Source of the DNA: Rebecca billardiae RCC1528
Lineage: Eukaryota > Protista > Haptophyta
Assembly (NCBI GenBank): GCA_965240325.2
Contig: OZ251223.1
Coordinates: 1,302,001 to 1,366,000 of the forward strand
DNA: 64,000 nt
Direction: 5' to 3'
This document shows positions 25,501 through 37,300 of this stretch, one piece after another; position 1 is the first letter of the stretch, and each line of letters begins with the position of its first letter. Under the pieces are notes generated by a model. The model was given only the letters and a program-made list of their open reading frames with translations, was not told the DNA's origin and made no database searches. Both the position numbers and the translations under genes were made by a program.

Positions 25501-28500
25501 TGGTGGCGACGGTGGCGGCGAGGGCGGCGGCATCGGGGGCGGGCTGGGAGGCGGCGAGGGTGGTGGCGACGGCGGCGGCGATGGCGGCGGGGACGGCGGC
25601 GGCGAGGGCGGTGGCGACGGCGGTGGCGATGGCGGCGGGGATGGCGGTGGGGACGGCGGCGGGCTCGGCGGCGGGCTGGGCGGTGGCGAGGGCGGAGGGC
25701 TGGGCGGCGGGCTGGGCGGCGGCGGCGACGGAGGCGGGCTGGGAGGCGGACTCGGCGGCGGGCTGGGCGGCGGCGACGGCGGCGGGCTGGGTGGCGGGCT
25801 CGGCGGCGGGCTCGGAGGAGGCGACGGTGGCGGCGATGGCGGGGGGCTTGGTGGCGGAGACGGCGGCGGGCTCGGCGGTGGGCTCGGCGGCGGGCTCGGC
25901 GGTGGGCTCGGCGGCGGTGGCGACGGTGGCGGCGACGGTGGTGGCGACGGTGGCGGCGAGGGCGGCGGGCTGGGCGGCGGGCTGGGCGGCGGCGACGGCG
26001 GTGGCGACGGTGGCGGCGAGGGCGGCGGGGACGGCGGTGGCGACGGTGGAGGCGACGGCGGCGGGCTTGGCGGTGGGCTCGGCGGTGGGCTCGGTGGTGG
26101 GCTGGGCGGCGGCGGCGACGGCGGAGGGCTGGGTGGCGGGCTCGGCGGCGGGCTGGGCGGCGGCCACGGAGGCGGGCTGGGTGGCGGGCTCGGCGGCGGC
26201 GACGGTGGCGGCGACGGTGGCGGCGATGGCGGTGGACTCGGTGGTGGGGACGGCGGCGGGCTCGGCGGCGGGCTCGGCGGCGGGCTCGGCGGCGGGCTCG
26301 GGGGCGGTGGCGACGGTGGCGGCGACGGCGGTGGCGACGGTGGCGGTGAGGGCGGCGGGCTGGGCGGCGGGCTGGGCGGCGGGGACGGCGGTGGAGACGG
26401 TGGCGGCGAGGGCGGCGGGGACGGCGGTGGCGACGGTGGAGGCGACGGCGGCGGGCTTGGCGGTGGGCTCGGCGGTGGGCTCGGTGGTGGGCTGGGCGGC
26501 GGCGGCGAAGGCGGAGGGCTGGGTGGCGGGCTCGGCGGCGGGCTGGGCGGCGGCGACGGAGGCGGGCTGGGTGGCGGGCTTGGCGGCGGCGACGGTGGCG
26601 GCGATGGTGGCGGCGATGGCGGCGGACTCGGTGGTGGCGACGGCGGCGGGCTCGGCGGCGGGCTTGGTGGCGGGCTCGGCGGCGGGCTCGGCGGTGGTGG
26701 CGACGGTGGTGGCGACGGTGGTGGCGACGGTGGCGGCGAGGGTGGCGGCGCCGGCGGCGGGCTGGGCGGCGGCGAGGGCGGTGGCGACGGCGGCGGCGAG
26801 GGTGGCGGGGACGGCGGTGGCGACGGTGGAGGCGACGGCGGAGGCGATGGTGGTGGACTGGGCGGTGGGCTCGGCGGTGGGCTGGGTGGCGGGGGTGACG
26901 GAGGCGGGCTGGGCGGTGGACTAGGCGGCGGGCTCGGCGGTGGAGACGGAGGCGGGCTGGGCGGTGGACTAGGCGGCGGGCTCGGCGGTGGAGACGGAGG
27001 CGGGCTGGGTGGCGGGCTCGGCGGGGGGCTAGGGGGAGGCGACGGTGGGGGCGACGGCGGCGGGCTCGGTGGCGGCGACGGCGGCGGGCTCGGCGGTGGG
27101 CTCGGCGGCGGGCTCGGCGGTGGGCTCGGCGGCGGCGGAGATGGCGGCGGCGATGGTGGTGGCGACGGTGGCGGCGAGGGCGGCGGCGTCGGAGGTGGGC
27201 TTGGCGGCGGGCTGGGTGGCGGAGACGGTGGCGGCGATGGCGGTGGCGACGGCGGCGGTGACGGCGGCGGGCTTGGAGGCGGGCTTGGAGGCGGCGAGGG
27301 CGGAGGGCTGGGCGGTGGGCTGGGCGGCGGCGGCGAGGGTGGCGGGCTGGGAGGCGGGCTCGGCGGAGGGCTCGGCGGCGGTGACGGCGGCGGTGAGGGT
27401 GGCGGGCTTGGCGGCGGGCTTGGCGGCGGCGACGGCGGCGGCGATGGTGGCGGGCTCGGCGGTGGGCTCGGCGGTGGAGACGGCGGCGGGCTCGGCGGTG
27501 GGCTCGGTGGTGGGCTCGGCGGAGGCGGCGACGGCGGCGGAGACGGCGGCGGAGACGGTGGTGGCGAGGGCGGCGGCGCCGGCGGCGGGCTTGGCGGCGG
27601 CGAGGGCGGCGGAGACGGCGGCGGCGAAGGCGGCGGAGACGGCGGTGGCGACGGTGGAGGCGACGGCGGAGGGAATGGTGGTGGACTGGGAGGCGGGCTC
27701 GGCGGCGGGCTCGGCGGCGGGCTTGGAGGCGGCGAGGGCGGAGGGCTGGGCGGTGGGCTGGGCGGCGGCGGCGACGGCGGCGGGCTGGGCGGCGGGCTGG
27801 GCGGCGGGCTCGGCGGCGGCGATGGCGGTGGTGAGGGTGGCGGGCTCGGCGGCGGGCTTGGCGGCGGCGATGGCGGCGGCGATGGTGGCGGGCTCGGCGG
27901 TGGGCTCGGCGGTGGAGACGGCGGTGGGCTTGGCGGTGGGCTCGGTGGTGGGCTCGGAGGAGGCGGCGAGGGCGGCGGAGACGGCGGCGGAGACGGTGGC
28001 GGCGAGGGCGGCGGCGCCGGCGGCGGGCTTGGCGGCGGCGAGGGCGGTGGCGAGGGCGGCGGCGAGGGCGGCGGGGACGGCGGTGGCGACGGTGGAGGCG
28101 ACGGCGGCGGGCTTGGCGGTGGGCTCGGCGGCGGGCTGGGCGGTGGGCTGGGTGGCGGGGGCGACGGAGGCGGGCTGGGCGGTGGGCTCGGCGGCGGGCT
28201 CGGCGGTGGGGACGGCGGCGGGCTGGGTGGCGGGCTTGGCGGCGGGCTGGGGGGAGGCGACGGTGGGGGCGACGGCGGGGGGCTCGGTGGGGGAGACGGC
28301 GGCGGGCTCGGCGGTGGGCTCGGCGGTGGGCTCGGCGGCGGGCTTGGCGGCGGTGGCGACGGCGGCGGCGACGGTGGTGGTGATGGTGGCGGCGAGGGCG
28401 GCGGTGCCGGCGGCGGGCTCGGCGGCGGGCTCGGCGGCGGTGACGGGGGCGGTGACGGCGGCGGTGACGGCGGCGGTGACGGCGGCGGGCTCGGCGGCGG

Positions 28501-31500
28501 GCTTGGCGGCGGCGATGGCGGAGGGCTGGGGGGTGGGCTGGGTGGCGGAGGCGACGGCGGCGGGCTGGGAGGCGGGCTCGGCGGCGGGCTAGGCGGTGGC
28601 GAAGGTGGCGGGCTCGGCGGTGGGCTCGGCGGCGGAGACGGCGGCGGGCTCGGCGGTGGGCTCGGCGGTGGGCTTGGCGGTGGGCTTGGCGGAGGCGGTG
28701 AGGGCGGTGGCGACGGTGGTGGCGATGGTGGTGGCGAGGGCGGGGGCGCCGGGGGCGGGCTCGGCGGCGGGCTCGGTGGCGGCGACGGTGGCGGTGATGG
28801 CGGCGGTGACGGCGGCGGTGAAGGCGGCGGGCTTGGCGGTGGAGACGGCGGTGGAGACGGCGGCGGGCTCGGTGGCGGGCTGGGTGGTGGGCTTGGCGGC
28901 GGGGACGGCGGTGGGCTCGGCGGTGGGCTGGGTGGTGGCGGCGAAGGAGGCGGGCTGGGCGGTGGACTAGGCGGCGGGCTGGGAGGTGGGCTGGGCGGCG
29001 GCGAAGGCGGCGGGCTCGGCGGCGGCGAAGGCGGCGGCGACGGTGGCGGCGACGGTGGCGGGCTCGGCGGAGGGCTCGGCGGCGGGCTCGGCGGCGGGCT
29101 CGGCGGTGGGCTCGGCGGCGGGCTCGGTGGCGGAGGCGACGGTGGAGGCGACGGTGGTGGCGATGGTGGCGGCGAGGGCGGCGGCGCCGGCGGCGGGCTC
29201 GGCGGCGGGCTCGGCGGCGGTGACGGTGGCGGTGACGGCGGCGGTGACGGCGGCGGTGACGGCGGCGGGCTCGGCGGCGGGCTGGGCGGCGGCGATGGCG
29301 GGGGGCTGGGCGGTGGGCTGGGTGGCGGAGGCGACGGCGGCGGGCTGGGAGGCGGGCTCGGCGGCGGGCTCGGCGGTGGGGACGGCGGCGGGCTGGGTGG
29401 CGGGCTTGGCGGCGGGCTGGGCGGAGGCGACGGTGGGGGCGACGGCGGGGGGCTCGGTGGGGGAGACGGCGGCGGGCTCGGCGGCGGGCTCGGCGGTGGG
29501 CTCGGCGGCGGGCTCGGTGGCGGAGGCGACGGTGGAGGCGACGGTGGTGGCGATGGTGGCGGCGAGGGCGGCGGCGCCGGCGGCGGGCTCGGCGGCGGGC
29601 TCGGCGGCGGTGACGGTGGCGGTGACGGCGGCGGTGACGGCGGCGGTGACGGCGGCGGGCTCGGCGGCGGGCTAGGCGGCGGCGATGGCGGAGGGCTGGG
29701 CGGTGGGCTGGGTGGCGGAGGCGACGGCGGCGGGCTGGGAGGCGGGCTCGGCGGCGGGCTCGGCGGTGGCGAAGGCGGCGGACTGGGCGGCGGGCTCGGC
29801 GGCGGCGACGGCGGCGGCGACGGTGGCGGCGATGGCGGCGGGCTCGGCGGCGGGCTTGGCGGCGGGCTCGGCGGTGGGCTTGGCGGCGGGCTGGGTGGCG
29901 GGCTAGGCGGAGGCGGTGAGGGCGGCGGCGACGGTGGTGGCGATGGTGGCGGCGAGGGCGGGGGCGCCGGGGGAGGGCTCGGCGGGGGGCTCGGTGGCGG
30001 CGACGGTGGCGGTGATGGCGGCGGTGACGGCGGCGGTGACGGCGGCGGGCTTGGCGGTGGGTTTGGCGGTGGAGACGGCGGCGGGCTCGGTGGCGGGCTC
30101 GGCGGCGGGCTCGGCGGCGGCGAAGGCGGGGGGCTGGGCGGGGGGCTGGGTGGCGGCGGCGAAGGAGGCGGGCTGGGCGGCGGGCTGGGCGGCGGGCTGG
30201 GTGGTGGGCTCGGCGGTGGGCTCGGCGGTGGGCTCGGCGGTGGGCTTGGTGGGGGCGAAGGCGGCGGCGGGCTTGGCGGCGGCGACGGCGGCGGCGATGG
30301 TGGCGGGCTCGGCGGTGGGCTCGGCGGTGGGCTTGGCGGAGGCGACGGCGGCGGGCTTGGCGGTGGGCTCGGCGGCGGTGGACTCGGGGGCGGGCTGGGC
30401 GGCGGGCTGGGCGGCGGGCTGGGCGGCGGGCTGGGCGGCGGGCTCGGCGGCGGCGATGGTGGCGGGCTCGGCGGCGGGCTCGGCGGTGGCGGGCTCGGCG
30501 GCGGGCTAGGTGGGGGGCTGGGCGGTGGCGACGGCGGCGGCGACGGCGGCGGGCTCGGCGGTGGGCTCGGAGGCGGCGAGGGTGGCGGGCTGGGTGGCGG
30601 CGGGCTTGGAGGCGGCGAGGGCGGCGGCGAGGGCGGTGGGGATGGCGGTGGCACCGGCGGGGGCGCCGGTGGCGGCGAGGGCGGGGGGCTCGGCGGCGGA
30701 CTGGGCGGTGGGCTCGGTGGTGGAGACGGCGGTGGCGACGGCGGCGGGCTGGGGGGTGGCGGGCTGGGCGGCGGGGACGGCGGCGGGGACGGCGGCGGGC
30801 TGGGCGGCGGCGCGGGCGGCGGGCTCGGCGGTGGTGATGGTGGCGGAGAGGGCGGCGGGCTGGGCGGAGGGCTGGGCGGCGGCGAGGGCGGCGGCGAGGG
30901 CGGCGGGCTCGGCGGCGGCGGGCTGGGCGGCGGGCTGGGCGGCGGCGAGGGCGGCGGCGAAGGCGGCGGCGAGGGCGGCGGGAAGGGCGGCGGGCTGGGC
31001 GGCGGGCTGGGCGGCGGCGACGGTGGCGGGCTTGGGGGTGGTGACGGTGGTGGCGAGGGCGGCGGGCTGGGCGGCGGCGGGCTGGGCGGCGGGCTCGGGG
31101 GCGGCGAGGGAGGAGGCGAGGGCGGCGGCGAGGGCGGCGGTCGCGGCGGCGGCGACGGTGGCGGGCTCGGCGGTGGGCTGGGCGGCGGGCTGGGCGGCGG
31201 GCTCGGCGGTGGCGACGGCGGGGGGCTTGGCGGCGGCGGACTGGGCGGTGGGCTGGGCGGCGGCGAGGGCGGTGGCGAGGGCGGCGGCGAGGGCGGTGGC
31301 GAGGGCGGCGGCGAAGGTGGCGGGCTCGGTGGCGGGCTGGGCGGCGGCGGGCTCGGCGGGGGCGACGGAGGCGGCGAGGGCGGCGGGCTGGGCGGAGGGC
31401 TGGGCGGCGGGCTCGGCGGCGGCGAGGGCGGCGGCGAGGGCGGAGGGAATGGTGGCGGCGGGCTCGGCGGCGGGCTTGGCGGCGGCGACGGCGGCGGGCT

Positions 31501-34241
31501 CGGCGGCGGGCTCGGCGGCGGGCTCGGCGGCGGGCTCGGCGGCGGGCTCGGCGGAGGGCTTGGCGGCGGTGGGCTGGGCGGTGGACTTGGCGGTGGGCTC
31601 GGCGGCGGTGAGGGCGGCGGTGAGGGCGGCGGCGGGCTCGGCGGCGGGCTCGGCGGTGGCGAGGGTGGCGGCGAGGGCGGCGGGCTGGGGGGCGGGATGG
31701 GCGGCGGTGACGGCGGCGGCGACGGTGGTGGGCTCGGCGGCGGCGACGGTGGTGGTGATGGTGGCGGGCTCGGCGGGGGCGGGCTCGGCGGCGGTGAGGG
31801 TGGCGGCGAGGGCGGCGGGCTCGGCGGCGGCGAGGGCGGCGGACTCGGCGACGGGCTGGGCGGCGGCGAGGGGGGCGGGCTCGGCGGCGGGCTCGGCGGG
31901 GGCGAGGGTGGCGGGCTGGGCGGCGGAGGGCTGGGCGGCGGGCGCGGCGGCGGGCTTGGCGGCGGGCTCGGCGGTGGGCGCGGCGGTGGCGGGCTGGGCG
32001 GCGGGCTGGGCGGTGGGCCGGGCGGCGGGCTCGGCGGGGGCGACGGCGGTGGGGACGGCGGCGGTGTGGGCGGTGGGGGGCTGGGCGGCGGCGGGCTGGG
32101 CGGCGGCCGCGGGGGCGGAGGGCTCGGGGGCGGGCTCGGCGGCGGCGACGGCGGCGACGGATTCGGCACGGGTGCGGCGGGCAGGTTGTCGCCCATCGTC
32201 GCCGAGTCCGCGCCTCGGTTCGATGTGTCCCCCGTGCCGAGCTGGCCGCTGTCACCGACGCCGAAGCTGCGAGCCGCGCGGCGCCGCGCGGCAAGGGGCG
32301 TCGGATTGCGCGGCGCGGGGCGCGGCAGGCGGCGCGCGTGGCGCGCATCTGCCGCATGTGCCCGCGCACCCACCGCGCGCAGCACCCACGCAGCACCCGC
32401 GCCGCGCACCATTTGAGAGACTCGTCGTCGAGCGTGACGCAGTTGAAGTCCCCGCCCGTGCTCAGATCGACGACTGTGCGGCCTGAGCCCAGCTGCACGG
32501 CCAGCAGTGCGTCCCCCATGTCCTCCGCGTCGCGGCCACGGTTGGAGCCGTCGCCCGCGCCGTTCTGACCCGACGGGCCGAAGCCCCAGCTGCGCAGCGG
32601 CAGCGCCGGGCACGCGCGCGCGCGCACGGCGGCGCGACGCGGCGCGGCGCGGGGCAACGCCGCGCAGATTCGCGCGAGCGGCGGCGGCGGAGGCTTGAGC
32701 GAGGAGCGGGCGGGGGTGTGTTGCGAGGGCGGCCCGGCGGGCGCGCGGCGCGCGGCGGTGGCGCGCGCGCACCACTTGAGCTGCCCGTCCGTCAGCTTCG
32801 CGCACGTCTGCCGCTCACCGAGCGAGAGGAACTCAGCGGTCAGCCCTGTGCCGAGGTTGAAGCCGGCCTCGCCGGCGGGGTTCGTGATGTCGGTGTTCGT
32901 GTCCATGCCGAGCCGGCCGTAGTCGTCCTGCCCCCAGCACTTGATCACGTCGGGGCTCGTGAGCCGCGAGCACGTGTGCTCCACGCCCACCGCCACGTCG
33001 AGCGGCGTGCCCCCCGTGTTCACACTCGGCAGCCCGTCGCCCATCGAGCCGCCCGTCTTACCATAGTCGGTCTTCGAGCCGATCCCGAGCTGGCCGCCGT
33101 TGTTCCGGCCCCAGCTGCGCGATGGCAGGGCGCGGTCGTGGGGCGCGGGGCGTGAGCGCGCATGCGCCGGGCGCGCGGGCCCGCCGCGCGAGCCCGCCGC
33201 GCGCGCGCACCACTTCAGCGTGCTGTCCGTGAAGAGCACACAGCCATGCCTGCCCAGGTGAACGTCCCAGCTAGTGCCAACTGTCAGCCCGGACCCGAAC
33301 GAGAGCTGGCCGCCCGCGGTGTTGGAGGAGGCGGTGCTCTCGCTGCCGAGCTCGCCGCCGTCGCCGCGGCCGAAGCACTGGATCCCGACGGTGCCGCTGA
33401 TCGTCGAGCGCACGCACGTGTGCTGCGAGCCGCAGCGCACCTCGTGCGCGGTGGCGCCCGCGCCCAGGCTGACTGCCACGAGAGCGTTGCCCATGGCGCG
33501 CGCACCGCCCGCGCCGCTGCCCGTTTCCGTGTTGTCGCCGCTGCCCAGCTGGCCGTACGCGTTGTCGCCCCAACTGCGGCGCGCACACGCGAGCCCACGC
33601 CGCCGATCACGCGGCGGGTCGGCAGGCGGACGTCAGGCCGAGAGCGCACGGCCGCACAGCACCGCGCGAGTAGGCGCAGGGGGGCATCCGGCGGCGAGCG
33701 GGTGCGCGCAGAGGCACGCGGCGGGGGCAAATGGCAGCCGCCCGGCGTGCAGTGGGGCGAGCACGCGGGTAAGCCTGCCACGCACCATCTGACGGTACCG
33801 TCTGACAGCACGACGCACGTGTGCACTCCGCCCGAGCTGAGGTCCGTCACTGTGGTGCTGTCGGGCACAGACACGTACGGCAGGTTGAGGCCGAGCTCGC
33901 CGGGCTCGTCACCTCTCGCCTCGGTGTCCTCGTACCCGAGGCGGCCGTCGTTGCCGTTGCCAAAGCTGCGCGTCGCGCGCGCACAGCAGGTGCGCGCGTG
34001 GCCGCGGGTCGGCGCGCTCCGCTCCACGGGTTGCGTGCACGCGCAGGGGCGTCATCTCGCACGGCCGCGCGGGGGCGCACCATTTGACCTCGCCCCCAGA
34101 ATACAGCGCGCAGGTGTGCGAGGTACCCGACGCAAGCTGAGTGATGGTACTCGCGCCAGCCACGCTCGCAAACACTCCCGGGTGAATCGCCGGGGTGACG
34201 AGCGCGAGGATCGTGCCACCGAGGGCCAGGGTGGCGGCCAT
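1..34241 (-). CDS. Giant secreted/surface protein, 3'-partial: signal peptide + 7 RCC1 repeats + about 9,650-aa (SPPP)n rod + IPT/TIG domains + PKD/REJ-like region. Exons: 34241-34081, 33965-33786, 33573-33211, 33114-32773, 32589-32410, 32266-<1, with 1-nt indels near 23435 and 22970
   Basis: ATG at 34241 gives MAATLALGGTILALVTPAIHPGVFAS. Five GT-AG introns join RCC1 motifs (SHTCAL..EVKCFGNGNDGRLG, TVRCWGDNAYGQLG, LKCWGRNNGGQLG, LKCFGVGDSGQLG). The SPPP frame continues into GPAAGPVGGGTVVTLEGQGW and PPNVTAVVPAAGP..VTVYGSGF..VSLNGQQF (IPT-like), then GGDRRVDASAPLELDASASHDPN and VNLPPYGGGLAVRPAAGEALSTQFECVAAGW (REJ-like). The track lists no stop-terminated minus ORF in this frame below 22970, consistent with an open frame to the window edge. 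Confidence 0.88.
2030..3150 (-). other. Two to three IPT/TIG-like Ig-fold domains of the giant protein
   Basis: Motifs VLTLSGVGF, P.AGPVGGGTVVTLEGQGW and PPNVTAVVPAAGP..SVTVYGSGF..LLVSLNGQQF. Confidence 0.65.
3770..4440. repeat. Internal duplication with 459-bp offset in the degenerate C-terminal end of the rod
   Basis: GTGAATGGCTCCATGCGC...GGCGACACAG occurs at 3855 and 4314. Confidence 0.85.
15230..16800. repeat. 534-bp higher-order repeat (178 aa), 3 copies
   Basis: GGGAAAGGC marker with AAA at 15645, 16179 and 16713. Confidence 0.85.
20990..26330. repeat. 828-bp higher-order repeat (276 aa), about 6 near-identical copies inside the SPPP array
   Basis: Marker CATCGGGGGCGGGCTGGGAGG at 21389, 22217, 23046, 23875, 24703 and 25531; spacings 828, 829, 829, 828, 828. 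Confidence 0.92.
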
Positions 34242-34341
34242 GGCCAAACTGCCCCCCTCTCACGACCCAGGTCACGACCTGGGCACCTCTGATGAAGGCC
34301 TGTTGCCTGCCGGCTGCCGCCAAAACTCGATACACTGGATC

Positions 34342-37300
34342 TCCCCCCCCCAAGAAGGGCTCAGCCCTCGATTTGCGCGCGGGACGCGCGCCGTCGAAGT
34401 CGCGCTTTCGCCGCTTCTGAAAAGCGCCGTGGTACCTCTCCGCGCGCTGCGCGCCAGTGGGCGCACAGTGGCGGCCGCGCGCCGCCGCGCGGGCCGCAGC
34501 CTCGCGGCCACTGGCGCCACCGCGAGGCCGCGCGCTCGGGCGGCGCGGGCTGCCAGCCGCGCGTAGGAGCCCGCCGCGCGCGCTCGGCCCGGCTCGCGGC
34601 CTGCTCGCCGCCCGTGAGCTCGGCACGCGGCCGGCGCGACCCGGGCGGCGCGGCGCGCGAGGTTCGCGCGCCCGCTCGCCGGGCGCGTGAGCGAGTCGAG
34701 CGCGTTCGGTCGGCAGCGCCTGGGTGAGCGGGTCGGCCACAGGCTGTAGCGAGCCGGGCTTCCTCGCCTCGACGCCCGAGGCGGTGCGCCGCGCGCGTTC
34801 TGTGCCGGTCTGCGGCGGCGCAGCGGCTGCGCTCGCGCACGGACGGCCGCTGGGCTTGGATGGGCGCTCTCGAGCGCGTTTGGCGGCGGATCCCGCGCGG
34901 AGGGCTGGGGCAGGCACGGCAGTCCGCTCTGTCCGCGCCAAGCCCGCCTCGTGACGGAGGCCTTGCCCATCGACCGCTCGCGCGCCTCGCCGCCGGCGCT
35001 CGACCGGAGTCGGGCGTGGGCCGCACGCGCCCCGCGCGCGCCGCGCGCCCGCCCGGTCGGCCCATGAAGGCGATGCGATGTGCTCTTCACTGTGCCTGGC
35101 TCCCGCGTGCGCTGGCTGGTCGCACGCCTTCCTGGACGTTGCCTTTGGCGCGCCTCGCTCCAGCATGCGCGTCGTGTGTGTCGCTGTGCACGCCGTGGGC
35201 ACAAGTCAGAAGTGTTGCAATCGTGAGCGGAGCTTAGCCTGTGGGCTGCACGCAGCTCGCCCCGTGCCTGATGGAATCGCTGGGCGCGCGAGAGGCTATG
35301 CCACACACATCCGGGTATGCGCCAGTAGATAGCACGTGGCTACGTCCAACACGTCTAGGCGGAAGGTCGGGTGAGTCTAACAACTTGAGGCGGTGCCCCG
35401 AGTACCTGACAACATCGACGGCCGAGCCCGTGGTGCACACGCCAGCTGAGACTCTCTGGCTGACAGGTCAGAGCCGCCATCACCGATGCCGTGCCCGCGT
35501 CGGTGCGGCTAGGCACATGACCGAGCGAACATGCGCCATCACGGTGTGCCCGAGGCAGGCCCGAGGCAGCCCACCATGCTGGCCGACATCATCTCGGGCT
35601 CGGCACCGCAGGACAGCAGCTGCTGGCCGAGCAGAGGCACTCGCGTGGCCCATAGTGTGCTCGCAAGTTTGCTCGGCCCATAAGGCGCTGCCTCCCGAGG
35701 GCGAGATCGCGGTGGGCCACCGCCCGTGCGCGCCGGCCAACCTTGCCTCAATCGCCAAGCGCAAGCACCTCGCCATCTGCTGCCGCTGCAGAGGCGCGCT
35801 GAGGGCGCTAGCCAGCCTGTGTGACCGTCTGTCAGACTGAGGCATCATTGGTGACTGCTCGTGTAGCCGTGCCATCCAGAGTGCACTTCAGTGGGGCGAA
35901 ATGCTGGTGGTCAGGCGGTAGAGGCTGTGCTCCGTGTCACACGCGGACGTCGCAGTGCGAGAGAGCACGCCGAGGCGGCGCTGCAGGTAGCAAGTGCGGT
36001 TGAGAATCATGCCCGACTGACACTGCTGCCTGTATTGTCAGCGTTGCTTGCAGGAAGGGCTGGCTGCAGGTGCCACCCAGCCCACCGGCCGGCCAACCGC
36101 TGTCGCCACCACTATCGCCGCGGGCATGCCCACCACCATCACCGCCACCGTCTCCGCCGCTAAGCCCGCCGCGTAGAACGCGGCCGTCGCCGCCGCCACG
36201 CCCGCCACCGAGCTCGCAGCCGAGCCCGCAGCCATCACCGCCACCGTCGCCCCCTCCCCCCAATCCGCCGCCGAGCCCACCGCAGATCCCACTACCACCA
36301 TCGCTACCACCATCACCGCCGGCGTCGTCACCACCTAGTCCGCCGCCGTCATCACCGTCATCATCACCGCCCAGTCCGCCGCCGAGCCCAGAGCGTCGTC
36401 GCCGCCATCGTCTCTGCCACCATCGCCGCTGCCCAGCCAGTCTCAGGGTACGCGCAGCCGTCATCGGTCATCACGCGGTCGTCGTGCAGTATTCAAGTTC
36501 AACGACACTGCTACATCAGCAAACCGGGTGGCGATCCCAGGTGCGCATGGCAACGGGTGTCAAGCAGCGTCGTCCGCTCAACAGGTGTACGTTCCCTACA
36601 TCCATGCTGCTGCTCGGGCTCTGGCGAGTCTGGCAGAGCTGTCGGCACTGCGCACGCGCGGGCTCGCGCGTGCACACGCGCGGGCTCGCGCACACAGTAG
36701 CAGACTAAGTGCAGCACTGCTGAGTGAACAGCACGCGCACAGCCATGGGCACGGCGTGCCTAGCACGGCCGTGAGACGGGCGGGCACGGGTGCGCTGGGG
36801 CGGCCCAGGCTGCATCAACTGCCCCTGTCGCTCGCCAACACTCTAGCTGGGCCTGCTAGCTCAGCTTGTGTTCATGCGCTGCCGGCGCTCAGTCGGCTCG
36901 GCACAGTCACTGCAATGGGCAATAGCGCTTTGTGCCCTGCCGGCCCCGCCTGCTGGCGCTGCGCCAAGGTCAGCACAGTGGTGGGCCCATTGGGCGCGGA
37001 CAGCAGCACGCGCCGCGCATCTCATGTCTGTGACCGCTGCCAGTTCGGGCACTCAAAGGGCCACAGCCAGTGGACGGTCCAGACCCCGCATGAGCGCTGA
37101 GCAAGGCGAGGAACGAGTGCGACCGGCTGAGCAGAGATGCCAGCTGAAAAGTAGGCTGCTGCAACTGCATTGCCCTCGCGTGCCGCTGGATGCCGCGCTG
37201 CCTTCGTGGGCCGACCGGGCGGGCGCGCGGCGCGCGCGGGGCGCGTGCGGCCCACGCCCGACTCCGGTCGAGCGCCGGCGGCGAGGCGCGCGAGCGGTCG

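Larger units (their letters stand above)
3170..32160 (-). repeat. Coding 12-bp tandem repeat array encoding (Ser-Pro-Pro-Pro)n, about 29 kb
   Basis: Plus strand reads GGCGGCGGGCTC/GGCGGCGAC variants. Variation is largely synonymous in the minus SPPP frame, with both AGC and TCN Ser codons used. Confidence 0.97.

Noticed and set aside
3170-32160. Non-coding satellite, telomeric repeat or CRISPR array
   Set aside because: No spacers, strict codon-phase conservation, and continuity with coding domains at both ends.
2034-32416. Huge Gly-rich plus-strand ORFs (8296 aa, 3140 aa) and many Ala-rich ORFs
   Set aside because: Antisense shadows of the SPPP array. The minus frame has the signal peptide, spliced RCC1 exons and folded domains, and the variation is synonymous there.
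3040-32805. 9921-aa minus ORF with an Arg/His-rich C-terminal two thirds (also the 4225-aa ORF)
   Set aside because: Produced by reading through introns and the two 1-nt indels; only the SPPP parts are in the true frame.
35880-35930. GAKCWWSGG resembling an RCC1 KCWG motif inside the TIR element
   Set aside because: Too short, and the flanking RCC1 residues are missing; could be chance.
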